Below are positions 29,018 to 37,619 of a stretch of 64,000 nt of DNA, in pieces. The stretch lies in NCBI GenBank assembly GCA_029560465.1, contig JAKQKX010000063.1, positions 3,796-67,795 of the forward strand. The letters are read 5' to 3'. The first letter of the stretch is position 1; every line of letters starts with the position of its first letter. The notes under the pieces are model-generated. The model saw nothing but the letters and a program-made list of their open reading frames with translations, made no database searches and had not been told where the DNA came from. This DNA is from Candidatus Omnitrophota bacterium. Lineage in GTDB: Bacteria > Omnitrophota > Gorgyraeia > Zapsychrales > JANLHA01. Made by a program: the position numbers and the translations under genes.

Positions 29018-29193
29018 TCAGGAAATCTAACACCTATAAGGCCCCGGAAGTCGAGATAAAGAGTTTGCCCGACGAAGATTTTTAAAGATTTTTGAAATTT
29101 ATAAAGAAGAGTTGTTCATTGGATTTGTGTAAAAATGTCTATCTGTGGATTGGGCGGCAATCCGGTTGTCGGTATATTGAGGAGGTTGCGTTC

Positions 29194-29907
29194 ATGGTTC
29201 TACGAGAATGTCCGTCTGAGGAAGAGTGGAACGAGATTTTTGGCAATTCTCTATTCCCGGATATCCTAAAATTTGTAGATAGTTTAAAACGTTCTGGTAA
29301 GACTTATGAAGATGGCTTTGAATTTATACGGGGAATAGAAACGCGTGAATATTACTTTCAACTTCGCCACAGAATAGCAGATACAGCAATAAGTTATGTG
29401 TTTGTAGTGTACTTCTATAATAAGGGTATACCTGATAAACGTTGGTCTGTTTCTCCCGGCAGGGACGGATGTTCTGTGGAATACTTCCCAGATTTTGAAA
29501 ATATACATTATGAAATAAAGAAATGGTTCGACTACTATTCTGACGTTTTCTACTATAAGTTATTTTCGGCCCTAGACATCGTTGGTCATATCTTAAACAA
29601 CACTCAAAATCTTAAGATCAAAAAAAGTAAAGTTTCGTTTTCCAGAAGCCTCAGAAAACTTGAGGGCATCAATGATGAATTATTTGAAACCATTAATTCC
29701 ATCAATCAAAATCAGGATTTTAAGACGGCCCAAGAAATTAGAAATGATATAACACATAATTACTTGCCAAGCTCAGTGGGGGTTTCTGTAACTATTGATG
29801 AAAAGCAAGGAATCGTTGGAGAAAGAGCTTACATTACCTCCTGTGATATCATTAACAATATTAACTCAATGCTTAAATTGTTTAAGCAAATTTTAGACGC
29901 TATATGA
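29194..29907 (+). CDS. Cthe_2314-like HEPN protein, gene cassette
   Basis: FYYKLFSALDIVGHILN...IRNDITHN (RxxxxH); GAGGAGG SD before 29194. Confidence 0.75.
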   Translation: MVLRECPSEEEWNEIFGNSLFPDILKFVDSLKRSGKTYEDGFEFIRGIETREYYFQLRHRIADTAISYVFVVYFYNKGIPDKRWSVSPGRDGCSVEYFPDFENIHYEIKKWFDYYSDVFYYKLFSALDIVGHILNNTQNLKIKKSKVSFSRSLRKLEGINDELFETINSINQNQDFKTAQEIRNDITHNYLPSSVGVSVTIDEKQGIVGERAYITSCDIINNINSMLKLFKQILDAI

Positions 29908-29913
29908 AAAATA

Positions 29914-29969
29914 GCCCAACAAAAAATGCAGCGGATGCGTAGTCAGGCCCCTGATTTTGGGCGTTGTGT
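29914..29969 (+). mobile_element. attC site
   Basis: GCCCAACaaaaaatgcagcgg...ccctgattttgggcGTTGTGT. Confidence 0.8.
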
Positions 29970-30079
29970 GAAAAAAAACAGGGGAAACTTGTCCACACAA
30001 ATAATCCAACCCTGCCATCTGTTATGGGGCAATACATCACCCCTTTCTTTGTACAGGATAAAAATGGCTAAAAATATTC

Positions 30080-30140
30080 CACTAACGATTCAATTGAGCG
30101 GATCGGCCTTGCGGCCTCCCGCTTATTTTGGATGTTAGAT
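30080..30140 (+). mobile_element. attC site
   Basis: CACTAACgattcaattgagcggatcggcc...ggcctcccgcttattttggatGTTAGAT. Confidence 0.8.
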
Positions 30141-30158
30141 CGCTATAAGGATTGCGCT

Positions 30159-30773
30159 ATGAGTGGTTGTTGTGACAAGGATTGTTCTTTAGAACGCCTG
30201 CGGGAACGGCAGCGCGGAACGTTGCAAATTGTCCTCGGCATTAACGCCGTGATGTTTTTTGTCATCGTTGCCGCTGCGCTTTATGGCAAGTCAACCGCGC
30301 TGCTGGCTGACAGTCTTGATAATCTTGGAGACGCATTGACATACGGCCTTAGCCTCTACGCGGTTTCGAGGGGCACTGCCGTTAAGGCCAAAGTCGCCCT
30401 GTTTAAGGGCGGGCTTATTTTCCTGGCGGCTGTTACCGTGGCCGCTCAAATTATTTACAAGTTTTTTGTCCCAGGTCTGCCCATTTTCGAGGTTATGGGC
30501 GCGTTCAGTCTTCTTGGCCTTGCCGCAAACTCCCTTTGTCTTTTTCTGCTGTGGCGACATCGCCACGAAGATGTGAATATGAGTTCCGTGTGGGAGTGCT
30601 CGCGAAACGACATCGCATCCAATCTTTCGGTTTTCGTGGCGGCCGGCGCGGTCTGGTTCACCGGTTCAGGCTGGCCTGATATTGTGGTTGCCGTGGGTCT
30701 CGTGTGGCTTTTAATGCGTTCCGCTCTTCGCGTTATTTCTTCAGCGATGGTAGAGCTTCGTACGGCAGCCTGA
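30159..30773 (+). CDS. Cation diffusion facilitator (CDF)-like transporter, gene cassette
   Basis: MSGCC..., STALLADSLD..GD, DVNMSSVWECSRND, WPD motifs. Confidence 0.9.
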   Translation: MSGCCDKDCSLERLRERQRGTLQIVLGINAVMFFVIVAAALYGKSTALLADSLDNLGDALTYGLSLYAVSRGTAVKAKVALFKGGLIFLAAVTVAAQIIYKFFVPGLPIFEVMGAFSLLGLAANSLCLFLLWRHRHEDVNMSSVWECSRNDIASNLSVFVAAGAVWFTGSGWPDIVVAVGLVWLLMRSALRVISSAMVELRTAA

Positions 30774-30872
30774 CAATTCGCTCAACACGGACGGGTCAAA
30801 GCACCGCAGGAGTAAAACAACAACCGCTTCGCGGACAACCGCAGGACAAGGCTGTTGAGCAACAGTTCGAGG

Positions 30873-30965
30873 ATGAATAAAGAATATGTCTAGGGACCTG
30901 CTCCCCGGGAAAGACTGCGATTGCAGGATCAGGCGGCCACTCTGGTTGACTTGTTGCGTTCCGGC
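30873..30965 (+). pseudogene. Degenerate 5' fragment of a paralog of the 26688 methyltransferase
   Basis: MNKEYV*GPAPRERLRLQDQAATLVDLLRS vs MAKAYVHGYDPRENIRLQDQATTLVDLLHS. Confidence 0.8.
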
Positions 30966-31018
30966 CATGGGGCGCTTCCGGCTGTAGCGGGCCGCGGTAA
31001 AACAAAAAGGAGAAAAAA

Positions 31019-31489
31019 ATGGAAAAAGGAACATGCTGCCCTCAATTTAACCCGGCTCTGTGGGAAGAAAAAAGTTATAAGTGGGATAAAAAAATATTTA
31101 TTAAGGATAACGTTTTCACGGTGTTTTACATGCCCATGAATTTTGGCCCGGTGATAAAAAGAATGATGGCAAAGATTGAAAAGGCGGGGGCCAAGGCGCT
31201 GGACTGGATGGCTTTATCAGACCACACTTCCCCATGGAACATGGATTTATACGTCGCGGTTGACAGAGAAGTGCCGGGAGCCCACAATACGGCCATTTCC
31301 GGAGATTTTTTCAGCAAGGTGTACGAAGGCCCATTTAAAGATACCGGCAAATGGTGCAAAGATTTTGAAGCGTTTGCTAAGAATAAAAATTTGAACATAA
31401 ACAAATTATATATGTGGTACACGACATGCCCCAAATGCGCCCAGAAATACGGGAAAAATTATGTCGTCATAATGGGGAAAACCAGTTAA
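31019..31489 (+). CDS. Conserved protein (GyrI-like 'hydrolase' family)
   Basis: CCPQFNP..W, KVYEGPFK, WYTTCPKCAQKYGKNYVV motifs. Confidence 0.75.
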   Translation: MEKGTCCPQFNPALWEEKSYKWDKKIFIKDNVFTVFYMPMNFGPVIKRMMAKIEKAGAKALDWMALSDHTSPWNMDLYVAVDREVPGAHNTAISGDFFSKVYEGPFKDTGKWCKDFEAFAKNKNLNINKLYMWYTTCPKCAQKYGKNYVVIMGKTS

Positions 31490-31588
31490 GATTTTGATAG
31501 GGCCAGCCGGCGAATTTTGCCTTTTTGCGCGCGGGCGGTTCAGGCCGGGGACCTTTTCATTAAATGGCTGAACAAAGGAGGAACGGCT

Positions 31589-31996
31589 ATGGCATTGTTT
31601 GAATGGGATGAAACTTTTAGTGTTAATGTCGTTGAGATTGATCAACAGCACCGGAAGCTTGTTGAGATGGTTAATGAACTTCACGATGCCATGGGCGCAG
31701 GAAAGAGCAAGGAGATTTTAGGCAAGATTATCAAAGGCCTCAGTAATTATGCAAAGATACATTTCGCGACAGAGGAAAAATATTTTGACCAGTTTGGCTA
31801 TCCTGACGCCGACAGTCATAAAGACGAACATGCCAATTTCGCGCAGAAAGTTGCCGAGTTTAAAGAGGGGTTTGACGCGGGGAGACTCGGGTTGTCTATA
31901 GAGGTGATGAGGTTTTTGTCGACATGGCTCAAAAGCCACATCAAAGATGTTGATAAGAAATACGGGCCTTTTTTCAATGAGAATGGCCTGAAATAG
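31589..31996 (+). CDS. Bacteriohemerythrin
   Basis: W...FSV....ID.QH, HF..EE, H..EH, WL..HI...D iron ligands; AGGAGG SD. Confidence 0.95.
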   Translation: MALFEWDETFSVNVVEIDQQHRKLVEMVNELHDAMGAGKSKEILGKIIKGLSNYAKIHFATEEKYFDQFGYPDADSHKDEHANFAQKVAEFKEGFDAGRLGLSIEVMRFLSTWLKSHIKDVDKKYGPFFNENGLK

Positions 31997-32097
31997 GCCA
32001 ACCACGAGGCGGTTCCTTTGCTAACTAGATTGACCTTGAGATGTCCAGGGTTTATTTTTAAAACTGGTGTATCAAAGCGTATCGCAGGAGGTGGGGC

Positions 32098-34431
32098 ATG
32101 AACGAGGAGATATTTCACGATATTTGCGACTTCCTTGAGGTTCCAATCTTCATCATCAATGTGGAGGCCGCCGGGTGTTTCACGTTCAGCTATCTTAACC
32201 CGGCCTTTGAGAAAGCCACGGGCCTTGGCCAGGAGGGCGTCGTTGGCAGGCGGTTTGAAGATATCTCCGGGTTTCCCGGGGAAGGCGCTGCCCTGTTACG
32301 GGTCAGATGCCAACGCTGCCTGGAGGAGGGAACCCCAAGCGGTGACGGCGATGAGGAGCGCCCTGTCCCCATGGGCCGCCAGTCTTTTTCCACGGTTCTG
32401 GTCCCAATGCGCGGCGCTGCCGGCAAGACGGGCCATATCGCGGGAATGCTCCGGACCAGTGCCAAGCGCCGGCAGGCCGAGAAGGACTTGCGGCAGTCGC
32501 ACGATCTGCTTCGGGCCATCATCGAAGCCGTCCCGACGGCGATCATTGGCCTGGATTTGGACGGAAACGTGCATACCGTGTGGAACGCGGCCGCGGAGAA
32601 GATGCTGGGCTGGAGCGCGCAGGAGGTGATGGGCCGCCCGCTGCCGACCGTGCCCGCCGGAAGCCAGGAGGAATTCCGGGGCTTTCGGGAAAGTATCCGC
32701 AGGGGGCTTACCCTTAACGGCGTGGAAGTGCGCCGCCAGAAACGTGACGGCACGCCTATTGATTACAGCATCTATGCCTCGCCCCTCCATGACGCGGAAG
32801 GGCACATTTCCGGCAACATCGCCGTATTGGTGGACATCGGGGAACGCAAGCGGGCCAAGCAGGCTGTCGAAGAGAGTGAAAATAAAATGCGCAGCATTCT
32901 GGAGAACATCGGGATAGGTGTGTCGCTTATAAGTCCCGGCATGGAGATCCTTGAAATGAATCGCCAGATGCGGGAATGGTTCCCTAACGTCGAGCTGAGC
33001 CAGCATCCCGTCTGTTACCAGGTGTTCAACAACCCGCCGGGGGAAGGAGTCTGCGACTACTGTCCGACGCGCAAGACCTTCCAGGACGGGTTGGTTCATA
33101 AAGCCACGACGACAACGCCGCAGGGAGACCGCGTACGCCATTACCACGTTGTCTCTTCCCCTATTTTCAACGCGTCAAAGGAGGTTACGGCCGTCATCGA
33201 GATGGTGGAGGATATCACGGAGCAGGAACAGGCCGACAAGGAAACGGCGCGGTTGCAGGCGCAGCTGGCCCAGGCGCAGAAGATGGAATCCGTGGGGCGG
33301 CTCGCGGGCGGCGTGGCCCACGACTTCAACAACATGCTCTCCGTGATTATCGGGTATACGGAACTGGCGCTCATGGATATCGCCCCGGCCGATCCGCGTT
33401 ATCCCCATCTTCAGGAAGTCGTGGCCGCTGCCCGGCGGTCGGCCTCCTTCACCAGACAACTGTTGGCCTTTGCGCGCCGACAGACCGTTTCTCCGCGTAT
33501 TTTAAACCTGAACGACACCGTAGCCGGCATGCTCAATATGCTCGAGCGGCTCATCGGCGAGAACATCAAGTTGTCCTGGGTGCCGGCCGTGGACTTGTGG
33601 CCTGTTAAGATGGATTCCAGCCAGATCGATCAGGTGCTGACAAACCTGTGCGTCAATGCCCGGGATGCGATTTCCGGGGCGGGGAAGGTCACCATCACGA
33701 CAGGGAATTGCACTTTTGATGACGCTTATTGCGCCAGCCACAAGGGGCTTGTTCCCGGCGATTACACCCTGCTTTCCGTCACGGACGATGGTTATGGCAT
33801 GGATGAGGAAACACAATCCCATATTTTCGAGCCCTTTTTCAGCACAAAAGACCTGAAGAAAGGCACCGGCCTGGGATTAGCCACTGTGTACGGGATTGTC
33901 AAACAGAACAATGGTTATATTGACGTATTTAGCAAGCCGGGACAGGGAACGGCGTTCAAGGTGTATTTCCCGCGGCAGAAGGCCCATCGGGTGGAGGCGG
34001 GGGGGAAGCCAGAGGCGGAAATATCGATACAGGGAACCGAAACCATTCTGGTCGTTGATGATGAAAATGTGGTCCTGAATTTGTGCGCGCATATCCTCCA
34101 GGTGTTGGGGTATACGCCCTTGATGGCCAAGTCGCCCCAGGAGGCCATGTGTCTGTTCGAGAAGCACGCGCAGGACATTCAACTGTTGCTCACCGACGTG
34201 GTGTTGCCGGAGATGACTGGCCGGGATCTGGCGCAAAGGCTTGTTTCTGTTAAGCCCGGTTTGAAATGTTTGTATATGTCAGGGTATGCGCCCCACATCA
34301 TTGCCCCTCGGGGAGTCCTGGAGAAGGGGATTCATTTCATACCGAAGCCGATTTCAATGAAGGACTTGGGGGTTGCGGTGCGTCAGGTGCTTGACGAGAC
34401 GCCGTCCGGGGATAATGAAGAGGCGGGCTAA
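32098..34431 (+). CDS. Hybrid sensor histidine kinase (3 PAS, HisKA, HATPase, receiver)
   Basis: LAGGVAHDFNN, PFFSTK...GTGLGL, ILVVDDE...LLLTDVVLP. Confidence 0.95.
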   Translation: MNEEIFHDICDFLEVPIFIINVEAAGCFTFSYLNPAFEKATGLGQEGVVGRRFEDISGFPGEGAALLRVRCQRCLEEGTPSGDGDEERPVPMGRQSFSTVLVPMRGAAGKTGHIAGMLRTSAKRRQAEKDLRQSHDLLRAIIEAVPTAIIGLDLDGNVHTVWNAAAEKMLGWSAQEVMGRPLPTVPAGSQEEFRGFRESIRRGLTLNGVEVRRQKRDGTPIDYSIYASPLHDAEGHISGNIAVLVDIGERKRAKQAVEESENKMRSILENIGIGVSLISPGMEILEMNRQMREWFPNVELSQHPVCYQVFNNPPGEGVCDYCPTRKTFQDGLVHKATTTTPQGDRVRHYHVVSSPIFNASKEVTAVIEMVEDITEQEQADKETARLQAQLAQAQKMESVGRLAGGVAHDFNNMLSVIIGYTELALMDIAPADPRYPHLQEVVAAARRSASFTRQLLAFARRQTVSPRILNLNDTVAGMLNMLERLIGENIKLSWVPAVDLWPVKMDSSQIDQVLTNLCVNARDAISGAGKVTITTGNCTFDDAYCASHKGLVPGDYTLLSVTDDGYGMDEETQSHIFEPFFSTKDLKKGTGLGLATVYGIVKQNNGYIDVFSKPGQGTAFKVYFPRQKAHRVEAGGKPEAEISIQGTETILVVDDENVVLNLCAHILQVLGYTPLMAKSPQEAMCLFEKHAQDIQLLLTDVVLPEMTGRDLAQRLVSVKPGLKCLYMSGYAPHIIAPRGVLEKGIHFIPKPISMKDLGVAVRQVLDETPSGDNEEAG

Positions 34432-34522
34432 CACAGAGGATCCGAAGCGAAAGCCCCGGGGGAGGATATCCGGAGTTCCCCGCGCGGGGCGCCGGATTAA
34501 GGAAAGGGGCATCAGGCACATC

Positions 34523-34891
34523 ATGAAAACACGGAAAGAAATCATAAGAGAATACAAGGAAAGAAAAATTTCGGCGGGAATTTTTCAGATCAGGAACACC
34601 CTTAAGAATAAAGTGTTGCTGGGCAGCAGTAAAAACCTTGAAGGCATATGGAACAGCAACCGTTTTCAGCTGTCGGCCGGCGCGCACAGGAATAAAAAAT
34701 TACAAGAGGACTGGAATGAATGCGGAGCGGAATGTTTTATTTTTGAGATATTGGAAGTCATTGAAGAAAAAGACGGGCCGTGTTTCAATATGGAGGATGA
34801 GTTAACGTTGCTTGAACAGATATGGGTTGAGAAAATCAAGCCTTTTGACAGCAACGGATATAATGACAACAGCAATATCAGGGTGGCGTAA
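34523..34891 (+). CDS. GIY-YIG family protein
   Basis: AGIFQIRN..NKVLLGSS.NL...H.NK.LQEDW....F.FEILE; start inferred at 34523. Confidence 0.8.
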   Translation: MKTRKEIIREYKERKISAGIFQIRNTLKNKVLLGSSKNLEGIWNSNRFQLSAGAHRNKKLQEDWNECGAECFIFEILEVIEEKDGPCFNMEDELTLLEQIWVEKIKPFDSNGYNDNSNIRVA

Positions 34892-34974
34892 CATGTTATG
34901 CCACGAAAATATTTGAAAGGACACACGGCAAGAGGGCGCGCGGGCGTTTCTGTCGCATGTCCAATGAGGCCTAT

Positions 34975-36507
34975 TTATCCCCACCAGCTCCTGTCTAGGC
35001 TTCTGTATTGGATGGCCTCGGCGATGTGCTCGGGCAAAATCCGCTTTGAGCCGGCGAGGTCGCTGACCGTGCGCGCGATTTTAATGATTTTGTCATGGGC
35101 CCGGGCCGAGAAGTTGAGTTCTTCGATGGCCTGTTTTAGGAGGCCGCGACATTCCGGGGACAAGGGGCAGTATTCTTTGAGTTGACGATGATTGAGCTGT
35201 GCGTTGACGGTGATGCTGGTGCCGGCAAACCGCTTTTTTTGAATTTCCCGGGCCTTGATGGTCCTTTCTTTTATTTGCGCCGACGTTTCTCCTCTTGTGT
35301 TGGACAGGAGTTCTGCCGGAGGGAGGGGAGGGACATCCAGATGAATATCAATGCGGTCCAGAAGAGGGCCGGACACTTTCGAAATATAACGCTGGATCTG
35401 CCAGGAGGAACACCGGCATTCTCTTTTCGGGTCGGTGAAAAATCCGCACGGGCAGGGGTTCATGGCGGCGACGAACATGAAGTTGGCCGGGAACTGCATG
35501 GTTTTTGACGCGCGCGCGATGGTGACGTGTTTGTCTTCCAGGGGCTGGCGCAGCGCCTCAAGCGCGTTGCGGTTGAATTCCGGAAGTTCGTCCAGGAAAA
35601 GAATACCGTTGTGGGCCAGGGTCACCTCTCCCGGGCGCGGGTTCGATCCGCCTCCGACCAAGGCCACATCAGAGGTCGTGTGATGTGGGGCGCGGAAAGG
35701 GCGCTGGGTCACCATCCCTGTTTTTGATTTCACCAGGCCCATCGCGGAATAAATCCGGGTTGTCTCCAGGATCTCTTCCCGGCTCATTTTAGGGACAATG
35801 CTGTTTAATCGTCGAAGAACCAGCGACTTTCCTGTCCCGGGGCTTCCCATTAATAGGCAATTGTGGGCCCCGGCGGCGCAGACCTCGAGCCCGCGCTTGA
35901 CATGCGATAGACCTTTGACATCGGCAAAATCCAGTTCTTCGTCATCAGGCTGGCTTGTTAACAAGGATGGGTCGGTTTTGAAAGGCCGGATGCTTTCGGG
36001 ATCAGAGAGGAAATGGATCACCTGATTTAGCGAATCGACCGGATAAACGTCCATGACGTCGGCTATAGCCGCTTCCGGCGCGTTGGCCGACGGCAGAAGG
36101 AGCCCTTTAAAACGGTTTTTATCCATGGACAGCGCGATGGATAACGCGCCCTTGACGGGCTTCACTTTTCCATCTAAAGAGAGTTCTCCCAAAATGGCGT
36201 ATTCATTTAATCGTTGGGGAGAAATTTGTTCGGATGACGCTAATATTCCTAAGGCAATCGGCAAATCAAAGGACGGGCCTTCCTTTTTTGTGTCCGCCGG
36301 GGAAAGATTGATGGTGCTTCTTGAAATGGGGAATTTGTGCCCGCTGTTTTTAATGGCCGCGCGGACGCGTTCTTTGCTTTCTTTAAGCGTGTTGTCGGGG
36401 AGCCCGACAATGATCGTTGCCGGCAGGCCGCGCGAGCAATCGACCTCGATCGTGACTAAATACGAATCTATGCCGTTTAGGGCGTAACTGTAAGTTTTTG
36501 ATAACAT
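34975..36507 (-). CDS. comM: ComM/YifB Mg-chelatase-like AAA+ ATPase
   Basis: MLSKTYS..., VGLPD...KES.ERV, PFRAPHH, LFLDELPEF, AAMNPCPCG, SGPLLDRID; true start 36507. Confidence 0.93.
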   Translation of the reverse strand: MLSKTYSYALNGIDSYLVTIEVDCSRGLPATIIVGLPDNTLKESKERVRAAIKNSGHKFPISRSTINLSPADTKKEGPSFDLPIALGILASSEQISPQRLNEYAILGELSLDGKVKPVKGALSIALSMDKNRFKGLLLPSANAPEAAIADVMDVYPVDSLNQVIHFLSDPESIRPFKTDPSLLTSQPDDEELDFADVKGLSHVKRGLEVCAAGAHNCLLMGSPGTGKSLVLRRLNSIVPKMSREEILETTRIYSAMGLVKSKTGMVTQRPFRAPHHTTSDVALVGGGSNPRPGEVTLAHNGILFLDELPEFNRNALEALRQPLEDKHVTIARASKTMQFPANFMFVAAMNPCPCGFFTDPKRECRCSSWQIQRYISKVSGPLLDRIDIHLDVPPLPPAELLSNTRGETSAQIKERTIKAREIQKKRFAGTSITVNAQLNHRQLKEYCPLSPECRGLLKQAIEELNFSARAHDKIIKIARTVSDLAGSKRILPEHIAEAIQYRSLDRSWWG

Positions 36508-36526
36508 TATATTTCCATTTTTTGGT

Positions 36527-36635
36527 TTAATTGTGTGGATGAAATCCGATCCGGCCTTCCGGCTTTTCCAGTGGTTCCAGTAATTTTTTAATGGCCTTAA
36601 AAACGATCTTGAATTGATGATCGTATTTCCTTTGG
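36527..36635 (-). pseudogene. C-terminal remnant of an ORF6N-family protein
   Basis: KYDHQFKIVFKAIKKLLEPLEKPEGRIGF resembles the ORF6N-protein tail; no matching N-terminal domain upstream. Confidence 0.55.
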
Positions 36636-37097
36636 CAGCTTGCGGGTGCCGCCCCAGCTTGATGTGCCCAAGAGGTTGGCCGGGGAGAAAAAGCCAGGGC
36701 CGCGTTCGGCTGTGAAAGGAACGGCACCGCTTCCGACAGGGTGCGCGCCGGGACCTGCCCGCTGGCAACCCTTTCCCAACACCCACTTTGATCATAACCG
36801 GGCCTCCATCCCGGAAATGCCGTCATTTGAAATTCGGGTTGGTACAGGACAAAGAGTCTTTCTTTTGGGGGGGTTTTTAAAATAAGGGAAAAAAGGGGAA
36901 CGCGTGGGGTGAAATCTTATTATTATCAATAATAATATCAAAAGAAGAAAATTAAAGACCTTGCTTTTTTAAGAAAGCAAAATTATAATGTAAACTAACA
37001 TAAATCAGGTGTCATGTCAAATTTTACCAAACGCATGTTATTAATCTCTGTCCCGCTTATGGTTAAGCGCGGGCCTTTCGGTATCCTTTAAAAGTTT

Positions 37098-37568
37098 ATG
37101 GAAATTTTCGTAATACTTGTAAAAGAAGTTTTACGCAACAAAATTTTGGTCATTACACTAACGGTCTGGGCTCTGGCCCAGTGCATCAAAGTGTTTCTGG
37201 GGGTGATCCGGGAACGGCGGTTTAATTTCCGCTGGTTTATCGGAACCGGGGGCATGCCCTCCAGCCACGCTGCGGGCGCGACCGCCTTAGCCACGACGAT
37301 CGGGATGGAGCGCGGGTTTGACTCGGTGATCTTCGCTTTGTCCGCGGTTTTCGCTTTGGTCACGATGTTTGACGCCCAGGGGGTCCGCCGGGCCACGGGC
37401 CAGCAGGCGGAGATATTGAACAGGATTCTTGAAGATATCTACTGGAGGGGAAAGATTGAAACCAACCGCCTGGTGGAGCTTATCGGGCACACCCCTATCC
37501 AGGTTTTTATTGGTTCCATTATCGGCTGCCTGATGTCGATTGCGTTTTATGGCATGTGGGGCCGTTAA
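37098..37568 (+). CDS. Divergent PAP2 family protein (DUF212)
   Basis: GGMPSSH, MFDAQGVRRATGQQA.ILN, ELIGHTP.QV. Confidence 0.92.
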   Translation: MEIFVILVKEVLRNKILVITLTVWALAQCIKVFLGVIRERRFNFRWFIGTGGMPSSHAAGATALATTIGMERGFDSVIFALSAVFALVTMFDAQGVRRATGQQAEILNRILEDIYWRGKIETNRLVELIGHTPIQVFIGSIIGCLMSIAFYGMWGR

Positions 37569-37619
37569 TATCCGTCCGGGGGCAGATTCAAATTCACCCG
37601 CCAATAAAGGAGTGGAATT

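Noticed and set aside
29032-29149. Possible transposase or antitoxin fragment (EIKSLPDEDF*RFLKF)
   Set aside because: Too short and ambiguous to assign without a search.
23258-30027. Cross-matching core sites (AAATAAC/GTTATTT, TGATAAC/GTTATCA, CCATAAC/GTTATGG) as proof of cassette reshuffling
   Set aside because: Only 4 variable bases per site and many possible pairs, so chance matches are expected.
20667-30140. CRISPR array or DGR interpretation of the repeats
   Set aside because: Repeats are not regularly spaced identical units; no cas or reverse transcriptase genes; the 77-bp copy has no adenine-specific differences.
36640-36800. SRP-RNA-like CAGGTCC...GGAAGCGG motif on the minus strand
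   Set aside because: Lacks the GNRA-capped short stem and flanking helix of SRP domain IV.
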